Positions 26,635 through 39,752 of a stretch of DNA of 64,000 bases are shown here, in pieces. The notes beneath the pieces were generated by a model, which was not told where the DNA came from, searched no databases, and worked only from the letters and a program-made list of their open reading frames with translations. The translations under genes were made by a program, and so were the position numbers. Position 1 is the stretch's first letter; each line of letters starts with the position of its first letter. Source of the DNA: Botryllus schlosseri (Eukaryota); NCBI GenBank assembly GCA_051294905.1, contig CM119371.1, positions 39,806,001 through 39,870,000 on the forward strand. The letters are read 5' to 3'.

Positions 26635-27570
26635 GGGGAGATGTGGTACCGATGGATCGAAAATTGGAAAATGATCGCTGGCCCCGAAATGTTCAGCCGA
26701 AAACAGCAGATCTTTTGCTGGCTCAGCACTCTACCTATCGCGCACATATACATGAATATCCGTCTTTTCAAAAAATATTAATGGACGTTCAAAATTTGTT
26801 GCTCGAACGTGTCATCGGTCCAATGACACACGACCCGGGGACCTATGACACATATACCCTAAAAAACTCAATGTGACTACTTTTCTTGCTCAGTATATTA
26901 TAATCTAAGCTGCAGCAAGCCAAAGAAGAATGTTTGGTCGCAACTGTCAAAAAATAGAATAAATATTAACTCAAATGTTGTCATAAAATCACGTTTCGAT
27001 TTAGGCTCGAACTTATAAATTTGTGGGTACATACATATTGCCCGAAAATCGACAGTGTGACTTCCAAATACCTCGTTATAGCGATAAAACATCATATGCA
27101 ATTATTAGATAAAGATTTTCTGTACGTAGGCATGTTTCATTTGTTTCATGATTAGTATGCTTGATTATTTTGCTTGATTTGGCTATTGCATCATCGGTCC
27201 CCACCCTAAGAATTTTATACATGAATCGAAAAGAAGTCCACTCAAGGAAAGTACTGAAAACAATAATAGGTGCCATTATATAGCCTGATACAAGCCCTAC
27301 ACTTCACAATAAAAATGATTGCTGGTATGTTCGTGTTGAAGGTTACAAAGAAAAATGTATATGTCGATCTAAATTTAGTTTAGACCCCCCAAAAAACAAA
27401 TCATCTGTGAGAGACCCCATAGCTCGCGAACGTCGAATTATTTTGTATGCGAGGAAAGATTTTGCCAGCATGCAATTGTAGACAAGTTCATGGAGTGTAA
27501 TCATGGAATTATCATACAGAATTTTCAAAGTATTTTCGGTCCCAGTGATCCATCGGTACCACATCTCCCC
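26635..27570. mobile_element. TA-flanked MITE (Tc1/mariner-pogo-like)
   Basis: TA|GGGGAGATGTGGTACCGATGGATC...GATCCATCGGTACCACATCTCCCC|TA, perfect 24-bp TIR. Confidence 0.88.
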
Positions 27571-27779
27571 TACGTAATTCTCTATATCAGTGCATTTCAA
27601 CATTTTGAGCTCTATTCGCACTTTTTTTGTAAAATAAATTTCATTCACACAAACTAATCGAAAATTGTTATATAGAAAGGAGATGAAGATACGTAACAAC
27701 ATTTTGTTTAGATGTGTAACAAATCGGCTACTATTTAGCTTAAGCTATCAAGTGTATCATTAAAAAGTCAACTTTTTCG

Positions 27780-28760
27780 CTCGTTTTGCTTTCAACTATT
27801 TCACTAAAACCCCTCTCGGCCAAACAATGTTGTTGTGAATTTGTACAAGAATGTCTACCAGTGCTTGGATGGCAAAGGTCTTAAAATCTGTTCTGCACTC
27901 CTATCCAAAATACAGCGTAATTTTCGCGAGTGAAAAATGCTTGCAGGCAGAAATCGTTTTAGAGAGCTGACACAAAGGTCCCGGAGGCTCCAGTTTGTCG
28001 AAAGGATGAAAAACCCACATGTTTGTGTTAAGGCTATTGCCGTATATCTTGGAACATAAGGTGCAAAACGATCAAGGAGAGTATAGGCACATTAGAGCTC
28101 GCTACCTTGTGATACGTTGCTCCAACTTCTGTCTCGAGAGTTTATGAGAAGAGCAAATAAACTCACGATACTGTGTGTTCTACTCTTTAGCTCAAATTAA
28201 CTTGAAAATTCATAATAGTTTTAATAACGGTAAAGCTGCTTTTAGATTACCACCAAAATCTGAGTTTTTGTGGCATCTCGCGACCCGATGCCTCACCCAT
28301 GAAAAAGAATTCATTTTTAATATTACAGTTGTATGCTATGATTTTATGGGCATTTATGACATACAGAACGCGCACACCACAACACAGCTCCACAAAACAT
28401 GTCTGACGCACGCGATTTCAAATTAGGACAAACTAAATTCCTCCGCGTATCGCAGCTGCACTATACTCAGATTGCAAGAACGGGACTATTCCGTGCCGAC
28501 AACTGAGCATATCCAATCCATCTCGAAAGGTTCGGCCATCCAGCATCGGTCATTTTTAGACCGAGGTTTCGTCGCCGCGTATGATTTTGGCACCGCATTT
28601 TATCAGCGGTTTGTTCGCCAAAACTATATGTTTTCATGTTCCTCGACGCAGAAGGGGTTGGCCTCGAAATGAATGAGTCTCATAGGACTGAACTCGCTCG
28701 TTTCACACCCCTACACTAGTTCCTCCCAACGGTCTTCAACTATGTTTTCCAGAAAGAAAG
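27780..28760 (-). pseudogene. DCAF1: DCAF1/VprBP-like pseudogene, copy E (N-terminal half)
   Basis: ANKPLIKCGAKII~REPPLNTAACRLL; HGIVPFL~EGIVENL; PNLKSRASDMFCGA~QPLRTYSTGLLGGA; KLEQRI~AIEQRL; LKRFLPASIFH~LKHLASLLLH. Confidence 0.6.
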
Positions 28761-29087
28761 AAACAGTTGGAGAATTCCTATCATGTATTCTCACGATAAA
28801 GTCATATTTTTTGCGTGTCTCGCTTATTGGCTACAGTACCCAACACATTGACCTTGGATATGTAAAAACTGTCGCAGGATTTTTTTGTAATAAATTCAAT
28901 AAATAATACATACATATTAACAGATAACTCTGGCACCGTGTCAACCCTAAATTATACCCTGTGCGATCCATACTTTAATAATTCGTGAAGGGTTAAAATT
29001 TGCGGTACAGTAACTCGCAATTGTAAGTCTGTAATGATGGTATTTACTACTATCCTCGTGCCTCGCGCTAATCGAACAGTTATTACT

Positions 29088-29400
29088 AGGGCGATTGTTT
29101 TTACCTAGAAGAATGATTTTGACCTAATAAATCAAAATTTTGCCTTTTTTTGACTTAAACAAACTGAAATTTGACTAAATTTTGACCTAACGTATGAAAA
29201 TTAGGTGTTTTCCCACTTGATGTTAAAATTGTACCTCTTATCTTCATTTCTAGTTGGAACTGGTTATCCTGACGATGTAGTTTGGCCTGAAAAAACGTTT
29301 TTGGCTTAGAAAGAGGCAATTTTTTACAAAAAAAAAACTAATATTTTTGACGAAATCTGGCCATATGGAGAATTTCAATAGCTACAATACGTATTAATGC
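29088..29400 (+). mobile_element. Partial MITE (TTTGACCT-repeat family)
   Basis: Reverse-complement similarity to about 59000-59312. Confidence 0.6.
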
Positions 29401-31379
29401 ATAACTTTTGTCTTGATCCGTTAATGTATTGTCTGCTGCACATTTGGCCCGCCGGTAAAAATAATACCCAATCCTGTGCTATATTGTGGTAAGTACTATC
29501 ATCAGAGAGAGTGCCTTCGACATCATGGATAATAATGCAACAAATATAGCTAGCTGGCCGCCTTGTCGGTTTTCAAATATTGCAATATGTGGGTAAATAT
29601 TCTAAACAGAATTATCATCTATTTGTATACAAATAATGCTGTGTACTGTTGTACATTTGGCATTAACATACACATTTCAAATGTCTTTTCACGTAACTCC
29701 ATCTCGGTAGGCGGCGCAAAAACCTATTTTATCAAATAAATGTCACTCTACAAGCGTTCACTGTTCTATTCGACATGAGCCAGAAAATCTCTTTATGGGG
29801 AATTGTGCATATTCCTCAGCAGATCTTGAATGCACCAGTGGACTAATTTAGCTTTTAATGTACTCGAACATCAAATTGTAATTGTAATTGTACTCGAACA
29901 TCAAAGCATAATTTCTGTAATTTCGAGTCTTCATTTTCAATCGTCTATATAGGCTACCTTTGCAGCTCGTGCCAATTTTTCACCTAACACTATTCCGTTA
30001 TCTGATGTCTTCATGTATTGCACAGAATTATCAATTTGATTCCATTACTGAAGTCGTAAAAGTTTACGTCAATCTCGCCATTTTCCTTGGGGAAAAGGAT
30101 ACTACTCGGATTATGCGTGTATTCACCAGTTTTACTCTGGCGTAGCTCAAAGCGATGTATTTCTCCAACGGTCATAAAGCATGAAAATTATGCTTACGAC
30201 TGTGAAGTCATAACGATTCAATGGATGTTTTTTAAACTTCTGCATAAATATGTTGCATAAGTCGCATTATATATATATAAGGGTGTGATATCACAGAATT
30301 CATGTCAACGTGGGATTTTCTGCTATTGCTATGATCACCTATCGATGTGTAGCCTACACATCATGAGCGAGGCAGTGCTCAACAAAATCAATTGTTGTTA
30401 TAGATATGGGTCGACTGGACCATGAATTGAATATGTTGGTGTACATCATTGAATTCGGTTAATTAGATGCTGTATAAGTGAACAGCTTTTAGGATCACTT
30501 AATTTTATAAGACCATAATTGTGAATTTAAGCTTTACCTTCGCATAATAATCACATGATCTACAAAAGTCATATATGATCGTTACCTTCAGTTACCATCA
30601 CTTGATCATAAGATCCGGATAAAACACGTCGGCTACATGATGAAAGACGTGGCTATTAGATCATGAAACAATCTCACTCAACATAATTGATCTCGCGTGA
30701 GTCATCGAACGGTACGTACCGCTGTTTGCTCCGTAAATTTTGCAAGATAACAGAGTAGCGCAAAGGACGAAATTGTTGAACAGCGAAAATTTATTGACAT
30801 GTCCAGGATCATTTTCCAATAGTACGGCAGCAATCATTGTCGCTCGAATATGCATGATATTTGCTCAGAGTAGCCTACTAGTTTTGAAGTCCCCGCTAAT
30901 TATTTCTGAACGTTCGCAAATGAAGCATACATTAAAAATAGGCCTACGCGGTGAATTTTTGCGATACTAAGATTCAGGTACTATTTTTCCCAGCAACTAT
31001 ATCAAGTGCGACTTGATTTCAGAATTGAGATCGTACCTAGTTTATATATCCATTGAAAATAGAGATGTATTAAGAATCTTTTTTTTTTACTTTTCCCTTT
31101 TCTAGCTTCACGTATGATTCAATCAGCAAGCAGCAAGTTACACCTAGGTCTGGGCAAAATCGAGTACCTGAGTGATTCGATTCTGAATCACGTAATACTC
31201 TTCGAGTCTAGTCGTGTATTCGAGTATATCAGTCCATCCTCAACATTACCGGACCACGACTGACCTATCGATCTCGCCTTCCATGACATGCCTCGCCTTT
31301 TTTTGCTACTTGCCTTTTTCTATACTATCTTCTTTACTTTTCATTCAGTGTGCATGCCTCCTCTTTACATCGCCTAGGC

Positions 31380-33100
31380 CAGAGGTCTCAAACTCAAATG
31401 TGTTCGCGGGCCAATTTCTAGTTTTTAATGGCGCCGCGGGCCGCAGCAAAAATAATAGGGGTTTTCAATGTATTTCCTTGTATAGGCCTTATTTTACGGG
31501 ACCTTTGAAAACAGGCATAATGCACGCAACGCGAAATGTGATTTACTATCGTGAATTCACGCCTAGTACGAAAAATATCACATTTTCAAATGTTTGAATA
31601 AAATTGTTGTTGTACTTGGCATAGTCTGTCAAAATATCTAGTTGTAGTCACCATGCGAGAGTACAAATGCATCTCATGACATCGTAAAAGCTGTCGCGTT
31701 ATAATTTGGCAGCTAGCAGACATTTGACGTGTCGCAATTATCGGTAGATTATAGAAAAGTTTAACATATTTTGATCTGATCGAAGCATTGGAGCGATACT
31801 TCCTAATCTGGGTTGCGGGCATACTCCTGATAACTTGACTATTTATCATTACCAAAGTAAAACCAAATCAGCGTTAGATTTACAGATCAATAACAACTGT
31901 CGACTGATTAATGTGTTATAGCAATATAAGTTTTTAGTCGCCGACGAATCCATTGGTGTTACAGCAATGGAGCGAAACACCGCTAATTTATACTCGCCAC
32001 CTTCAATAGGCAATATATTACCATGGTTCAAGAGACCTAACATTACGCAGGAAATAACTAACTTCACATTAAGGAGGCGGGACAGAAATGCCAATGGTTG
32101 CCATACCGGCCTACTTTGATGGCTAAATACGCTCCACAGCGCAAGCGACGACCTTTTGATATATTACTATTTCAGTTTGTTCAGTTCATTTACTATAACA
32201 TTTTGGTATTTGGTTGCGTCTGTGGTTGTACCAAGTCACGGCTTTCCGAGTCACATGTCCTTCTCTGATTGTAACGTTTCACCCGACTCAACTCGAGTCA
32301 TCCTTATTTTATCACCCATTCAGTACGAGTTCGAGTAATTCTACAAAATGTCGCGCCCAAGTACAAATCACAAATTCACGAATTATCAATGGGTCAAGTC
32401 CTATCATCCTAAACAAGTAATGTGACGTGATCTTCCACCGCATGGTAACTTTTGGAGGTGATGTGACAGTGTAGGCTTACCATACGTCCTCTTTTAAGAG
32501 GATTTGTCCTCTTTTTTGACTTTTTTTAAAGTGTCCTCGGAGGACGCCCTTTTGTCCTCTTTTTTGAGATTTTGACCTCTTTTTTGAAAATTTACGTCAG
32601 ATTTAGAGCAAATTGCGAGTGATATGCCGTAAATTAGCACAGAAGTGACGGTCCGGCGGATATTTCGGAGTGAAAAACGGTGAATTTAGCTCTGAGCGAA
32701 AAGATGACCTTTTTTTTGTATAATCTTCCACCCGGCAATGTGGAGAGAAAAACGGTATTTTGGGCTCTGAGCGGAAGTGATGACCTTTTTTTTTTTTTAG
32801 TCAAACCGATCACAAAGTGGGAAAAATTCACCGGTTTTTGAGAATTCTACTCCGGTTTTGCATCTTGCAAATTTCTGAAAAAGTGTCTCCTCTTTTTACA
32901 TTTTCAAAATATGGTAAGCCTATGATAGTGAAGTTTGATGAGTAAAGTTTCAGGAATTTGGAGAAGTTTTAGAGCGAATTTCAAGTTCTCAAATCTTAAA
33001 AAAGATGTGTTGCAGTTGAATACTGTCGAATACTAAAAATCCAACATGCCGACGCGGGCCGCACAAAATGATCTGGCGGGCCGCGTATTTGAGACCTCTG
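31380..33100. mobile_element. Non-autonomous hAT (Charlie/Buster-type)
   Basis: CAGAGGTCTCAAA...TTTGAGACCTCTG; subterminal GCGGGCCGC motifs; perfect TSD GCCTAGGC. Confidence 0.92.
32472..32922. mobile_element. hAT-Blackjack-like MITE nested in the Charlie-type element
   Basis: TAGGCTTACCATA...TATGGTAAGCCTA; TSD tgacagtg/tgatagtg. Confidence 0.88.
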
Positions 33101-33234
33101 GCCTAGGCCATGGTGGGTGCCTGATTCAATAGACTGATCCAAGTCGCTTCGACACTTTCCTATATTTTCATTGTATCGCATTTTGTGGTGTATTGAACCG
33201 ATAAATTGCTAATAAACCAATGATGATGATGATC

Positions 33235-33570
33235 AATTATGACGTCACAACAAAATGTACTATGTGAAAGTTCAAACATGTACCTTTCATGTCACCACAA
33301 TGAACAAAATGCCTGTTATCCATCGCATTTAATGAACACTTATTATGACGTCACAACAAAATGTACTATATGAAAGTTCAAACATGTGCCTTTCATGTCA
33401 CCACAAAGAACAAAATGCCTGTTATCCATCGCATTTAATGATCACTTATTAGTTATTATGACGTCACAACGAAATGTACTATGTATCACTTATTAGTTAT
33501 TATGACGTCACAACGAAATGTACTATGTGAAAGTTCAAACATGTGCCTTTCATGTAACCACAAAGAACAA
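33235..33570 (+). repeat. Local tandem duplications inside the host MITE
   Basis: ttatgacgtcacaac[ag]aaatgtacta occurs four times. Confidence 0.85.
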
Positions 33571-35189
33571 AATGCCTGCTTTCCATCACATTAAGATACT
33601 TTGTGGTATTTTTCTACCATACCGATTTCAGTGAGATTATCATGACTTATGAAATGTGTTATTTCCAGTGTTATTCGTAGCTTTGCACTATGTCTCGTAT
33701 GCTGCGACATGGCCATTCAAGGTTTCAAGGCTTCCTCAGTGAAAACTAGTACCGAATCTATAACTCTCGTGGATAAATTAACTTTCAGTTGCGAGGAGAG
33801 TAGTGTTATGGGAATCGTTTGGTACCGTCCAATCAGAGAGCGCCACATCATCCTAATTACCACGCCCCTTTTCATACCCTAAGGGTACATTTTGCAAAAG
33901 TCATTAAATTCCGAAACTTAATAATAACATGCTTTCGAGAGAAAAATAACATTCAGATTACACATAAATTTCGGAAACTATGATATCTATACAAGACTAT
34001 ATTCGCCAGATATTCTATTATGTGTATTTAGGACTTTGAATTTTCGCGGATAATATATGACCTCTCAGATAACACTCATCCATGTTGAACTAGGCGCGAT
34101 TTTTATGATGATATATTAAAATTCTACGCACATTTCGCACGATCAACTTCGCATGATTGTATGTGTATTTAAGGCTATCTATGTTCACGAGAACACTAGA
34201 GAAATGACACTCATCAACGTTGAACTAGGCGTGGTTTATGGGAATACGATTTCTAAGGGTACACATTTAGATACTTTCCTCAGCAGAATCAATTTATGTG
34301 TATTTAAGACTATATATGATACACAAAACCTGTGTAAATATTTAGAAATGGCATCATCACTAATTAATTAATGTTCATTAATTTCGAATAAATAGCATAA
34401 TATATCAGTAATAGCGTTAACGTCACAAACGCATCCAGCACGATCAGATGGTGTAAAACAACGCTTTCGCTCGATTCTTGTAGTCACCACCTTTCATAGG
34501 ATTCAGTCCTTTTCATGTCACTAGAATAAGGGTGATTAAATCGACAATGAAACGCTGCCGGCGTCTTATAACGTAATAATGTAAGCTGCGTCGGGTGCTG
34601 CTATAATGTTAGGAGCGAATATTGTAGAAAGTCCACGTCTGGACGCCTGTAAGCAGGTGCGCATAGTAACGTAGTAATACGCATAACAGAATTCACGCAA
34701 AAGTCGATATTGCTTTGTGATGATTTTGATGTTGTTCCATACCGATGGGGAAGATAGCAAACCTAATTTCGTAACTAACTACATAATCCTTGGTAACGTA
34801 GTCAGACGCATAACGGAATTTACGCAAAATCGGTATTGCTCTGCGATAATTCGGATCACTATGTTTTGATAATGACTTGCTTCCGAGAAATAAATAACAT
34901 TCATTATACGTTAGATGATACTTTTCCTTGATATTCTATTATGTGTATTAAGGGCTAATGCGACATCACTATGTTGGCGACAGGCCTGATTTGAACAGAC
35001 TAATTTTGCGAATTAAACTTATGACCCACCACGGGCACTCAATGAAGAGCACCCTGGAGCACCACATAAATGCTCTACAATTGTTGACATATATTATACA
35101 ATGGTCGATGTTTCCTGACAATTTTTCAAATCTGAACAACCCTAGTGGACACATACAAGCCCGGTACGAGTTACAAGCGTAAGATGATG

Positions 35190-36225
35190 AAATGAAATGT
35201 GTGATGAAATTTGATGTGTCCCATTGTCATAATGTCCTACACCTGTGAACCAATCTTCAAGTTACGCATTCAATGTCTAGCTCGGTAATTCCGTTATTAA
35301 AGTTGAGTACGCATAGGTACGTGCTACGCTCCCGCAAAAGTCGGTATGGAAATGCGTTAGTTTTAAAGTTGTTCAATCATGAAATGCGTAACAAAATTTG
35401 ACATGGTGCATTGTCATAATGTCTTACAACTGCGTACCGAGTTTCAAGGTGGGGAGTCGATTATTAACATCGTAATTCCGTTATTAAAGTTGACTATGTA
35501 TGGGTACGTGCTATGCTACGGAAAAACAAATTTAGCCAAAAGTCTGTATAGAACTGCGTTGGTTTTAAAGGTGTTACATCATGAAATGTCTGACGAAATT
35601 TGGTATGGTGCATTTTTATTATGTCCTACAACTGTGTGCGAACGTTCAAGGTGAGAATTTAATGTTTAGCATGCTAATTCTGTTATTAAAATTGACTATG
35701 TATGGGTATATGCATGTTCACGAAAAACAGATATGCGTAAAAGTCGGTATTCGACTGCGATAGTTTCAAAGGTGTTCCATCAGTAGATGTGTGATGAAAT
35801 TTAGCATGGTGCATTGCCATAATCTCCTACAACTACGTATCAAGTTTCGAGTTGGGATTCAATGTTAAGCGTGGTAATTCCGTTATTAAAGTTGGCTATG
35901 TATGGGTACGTGCTATACGCTCCCGCAAAACAGATGTACGCAAAAAGTCGATGTAGAGCCGCGTTAGTTTTAAAGTTGTTCCATTATGAAATGCGTGAGG
36001 AAATTTGGTATGCTGCATAATCACAATGTCCTACAACTACGTACCAAGTTTCAAGGTGAGGAGTCACATATTAGCATGGTAATTATGTTATTAAAGCTGA
36101 TTATGTATATGTACACGCTACCGAAAACAGATTTAGGCAAAAGTTGCTATAGAACTGCGTTAGTTTTGAAGTTGTTCCATCATGAAATGTGTGATGAAAT
36201 TTGGTATGCTGCATAATCACAATGC
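35190..36225 (+). repeat. ~200-bp tandem repeat, about 5 units plus a partial unit, inside the Polinton-like element
   Basis: Units starting ATGAAATG[CT]GT at about 35192, 35379, 35581, 35780, 35986 and 36182. Confidence 0.9.
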
Positions 36226-36314
36226 CCTGGAGCTCATTTAAATACGTTTTTTTTTAATGTAGTTACACATTCTAGTTGTTTTGATGTAAGGAAAAAATCA
36301 TTCGATAACTCGAT

Positions 36315-37740
36315 ACAACTAGTTAACAGGCGTTGATGTAACTTTCCTCATTTGTATGCATAGCCTACGCGAAATTGGTTACCGAATTTTTCGATTAGTT
36401 TATATTCCGTATTTTATCTAAAACTGAAACTGTTAAGTACTACTTAAAGTGTTATAAAATGTGAAAAAGTGTACAAGTAGAATTATTATTATGTCATGAA
36501 TAAGTAGTTTACAAATTCATACGAATTTTCTTGTTATGTTCCGGGATAAAATGTAATTTTTCGCTCTTTTTTATTTTTTATTTTTTCAATAAAATTAGTA
36601 TTCATTTTACAAAAAACGTCGTTTAAAGATAAAGTACTTGTACATTTCGTAGTGCTCAAGTATAAGTTTCTAAACCATTACCTTGACAAAATTTTCAGAA
36701 TAGCAACTTTTGCGTAAAGTCTGTCTTGCATTTAGTTGCCGGCTTTGAAAGCAAGCAAAGTTTGTGGTATTTGCGCAACATCGAAATTTGTACACTTCAC
36801 GGTTATCTTATGATGTCGAAAACATAAGTTAGTTAAAAGTATTTCGATTCATGGGTATGAATAATTTTTAAAAACCCAAATATGTCGCATCCAAACTTCG
36901 AAATTTTTTCGATTAGTTTTTTCGATTCTATCTACTTTAAAAGACTCAGTGTAGAAGTTTCGAAACTTGCATGAATTACAAGCTACATAATACAATTAGT
37001 TAACACGCGTTCATGTAACTTTCCTCATTTGTATGCATAGCCTATGCGAAATTGGTTACCGAACTTTTCGATTAGTTTATATTCCGAATTTTATTTAAGT
37101 ACTACTAAAATTGTTACAAAATATGAAAAAGTATACAAGTAGAATTATTATGTCATGAATAAGTAGTTTACAAATTCATACGATTTTTCTTGTTGCGTTC
37201 CGGGATAAAATGTCATTTTTCGCTCTTTTTTATTTTTTTATTTTTTCAATAAAATTAGTATTCATTTTACAAAAAACGTCGTGTAAAGGTAAAGTACTTG
37301 TACATTTTGTAGTGCTCAAGTATAAGTTTTCAAACTATTAACTTGATAAAATTTTCAGAATAGAGACTTTTGCGTAAAGTCTGTCTTGCATTTAGTTGCC
37401 AGCTCTGAAAGCAAGCAAAAATTGTGGTATTTGCGCAACTTCGAAAATCGATAAAGTAGTCTAAAACCTAGTCACTTTTTACGTGGAGGGAGTACATAGC
37501 GAAGTCCTTGTACATTTTGGAGTACTCAAGTATAGGTTTGGGCTGCTTGCGCTATACTTAATGAATCATTCCTGTGTCATAAACACTCGAGTAGTTGGTG
37601 CGTGTAGACAAAAACCTACTTGAGTACATAATTTTTATTTTTCAATAAAATTAGTATTCATTTTACAAAAACGTCGTGTAAAGGTAAAGTACTTGTACAT
37701 TTCGGAGTACTAAAGTATAGGTTTTGTCAGCTTATTATAT
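36315..37740 (+). repeat. ~460-bp direct repeat (36315-36785 vs 36990-37445) plus partial further copies
   Basis: Near-identical blocks starting ..gatgtaactttcctcatttgtatgcatagcc; aagtacttgtacattt recurs to 37740. Confidence 0.85.
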
Positions 37741-37746
37741 GCTCAG

Positions 37747-38365
37747 TAGGGTGGTTCAAAAATAACCTTTTTTCCTGAATCTTGCAGGTTACTTGATTAA
37801 ATCGTTAGGTAGCCTTAAAAAACGACGCACACCAAATTTGAATTCATTCCAACCAATATTCGCGGATTTCGTAGAGTTTGAAAATTTTGAATTTGCCTAA
37901 AAATGCAAAAAAAAAATTTTTTCAGATTTTCCTTCCAACCTTACGAAATTGTTGCGCTGTCTTCAAAAACGATGGAAAACAAATTTGACTCAATTCCAAG
38001 CTGCAGAAGCGGAGTTATTCAAGTTTTTTGATGATAAATCTGAGATGATCCACCAATCAAGGATAATCCCAGAAATATCAAAGAAAAACTGAAATAACTC
38101 CACTTCTACGGCTTCGAATTGAGTCAAATTTGTTTTGCATCGTTTTCGAAGACAGCGCAACAATTTCATGGGGTTGGCAGAAAAATTTGAAAAAAATTTT
38201 TTTTTGCATTTTTAGGCAAATTCAAAATTTTCAAACTCTACGAAATCCGCGAATATTGGTTGGAATGAATTCAAATTTGGTGTGCGTCGTTTTTTAAGGC
38301 TACCTAACGATTTAATCAAGTAACCTGCAAGATTCAGGAAAAAAGGTTATTTTTGAACCACCCTA
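37747..38365. mobile_element. Young palindromic hAT-type MITE
   Basis: TAGGGTGGTTCAAAAATAACC...GGTTATTTTTGAACCACCCTA with near-perfect arms; perfect TSD ATGCTCAG. Confidence 0.93.
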
Positions 38366-38373
38366 ATGCTCAG

Positions 38374-39030
38374 TATATTATATGTCAAGAATTGTGGAGC
38401 ATTTATGTGGGTTTCCAGGGTGCTCTTCATTGAGTGTCCGTGTTGGGCGATAAGTTTAATTCGCAAAATTAGTGTGTTCAAATCAGGCCTGTCGCCAACA
38501 TAGTGATGTCGCATTAGCCCTAAATACACATAATATGAAAATCAAAGAAAAGTATCGTCTAACGTATAATGAATGTTATTTATTTCTCGGAAGCAAGTTA
38601 TTATCAAAACATAGTGGTCAAAATCATCGCAGAGCAATACCGATTTTGCGTAAATTCCGTTATGCGTCTGACTACGTTACTAGGGATTATGTAGTTAGTT
38701 AGGAAATTAGGAGTCCTATCTTCCCAATCGGTATGGAACAACATCAAAATCATAACAAAGCAATATCGACTTTTGCATGAATTCTGTTATGCGTTTTACT
38801 ACGGTAGTATGCGCACCTGCTTACCGGTGTCCAGACGTGGACTTTCTACTATTTTCGCTCCTAACATTATAGCAGCACCCGACGCAGCTTACATTATTAC
38901 GTTATAAGACGCCGACGGCGTTTCACTGTCGGTTTAATTACCCTTATTCTAGTGACATGAAAAGGGCTGAATCGTATGAAATGTGGTCAATACAAGAATC
39001 GAGCGAAAGCGCTGTTACACGCCGTCTTGC
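38374..39030. repeat. Internal diverged third copy of part of the Polinton TIR
   Basis: Reverse complement of about 34450-35100; same orientation as the right TIR, with more mismatches than between the two TIRs. Confidence 0.85.
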
Positions 39031-39752
39031 ATCGGTCACGATTAGTTTTACTTTTCAACTAACTTGTTGTCTGTCGTTACATTCATTAGACTCGCTTACA
39101 TGCGGCTAATTTGTCCCTATCATTATAACGTCGGGGATCGCGTACCTGCGGCGAAGGTGTTCGTTTAATTATAGCGACGAGAACCGGGTCCCTGCGGCTA
39201 GTCCGTTGGCATTTTAGTGCTGAGTTAAATACCCTTATACTCGACATGCAAACATTAATTTTTTTAATAAAATTAGTATTTATTTTACAAATTAGAATTT
39301 ATGCGTCTTCGGCTATATTGCCGGTTAACATTATAGCCGCGCACAGAACTCTTTATTACGTTATTAGCTATTTAAATGGTACGAAATAGGAGAAAACTCG
39401 GTACGCTGGCGATTTTTTCAATATAGTTGAGAAATGATATAACGCACCTTTAGGGCTCTGCAATCTGTTCCATTATCATACGCTTGTAACTCGTCCCGGG
39501 CTTGTATGTGTCCACTAGGGTTGTTCAGATTTGAAAAATTGTCAGGAAACATCGACCATTGTATATTATATGTCAACAATTGTAGAGCATTTATGTGGGT
39601 GCTCCAGGGTGCTCTTCATTGAGTGCCCGTGGTGGGTGATAAGTTTAATTCGCAAAATTAGTCTGTTCAAATCAGGCCTGTCGCCAACATAGTGATGTCG
39701 CATTAGCCCTAAATACACATAATAGAATATCAAGGAAAAGTATCATCTAACG

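Larger units (their letters stand above)
31230..33232 (+). mobile_element. ~270-bp retroposon-like element split by a Charlie-type hAT
   Basis: 31230-31379 plus 33109-33232 reconstitute the element at 49925-50198; (TGA)n tail. Confidence 0.8.

Noticed and set aside
28175..28906. Three in-frame plus-strand ORFs with a vague integrase-like stretch
   Set aside because: Antisense shadow of DCAF1-like copy E, which explains the minus strand with several colinear motifs.
31849..32094. Signal-peptide-like ORF MAFLSRLLNV inside the Charlie-type element (captured gene)
   Set aside because: Starts at TTG, no in-frame ATG at that position, no convincing splice partner or homology.
34153..34371. Identical 72-aa ORFs at 34153 and 41513, and mirrored ORFs at 52439 and 52899, as duplicated genes
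   Set aside because: Simple consequence of inverted repeats; no recognisable product.
35379..36216. Repeated peptides MKC.TKFGM.H.HNVLQL as a repeat protein, or the array as CRISPR-like
   Set aside because: The frame is not kept between units; whole ~200-bp units are repeated with no unique spacers; eukaryotic context with no cas genes.
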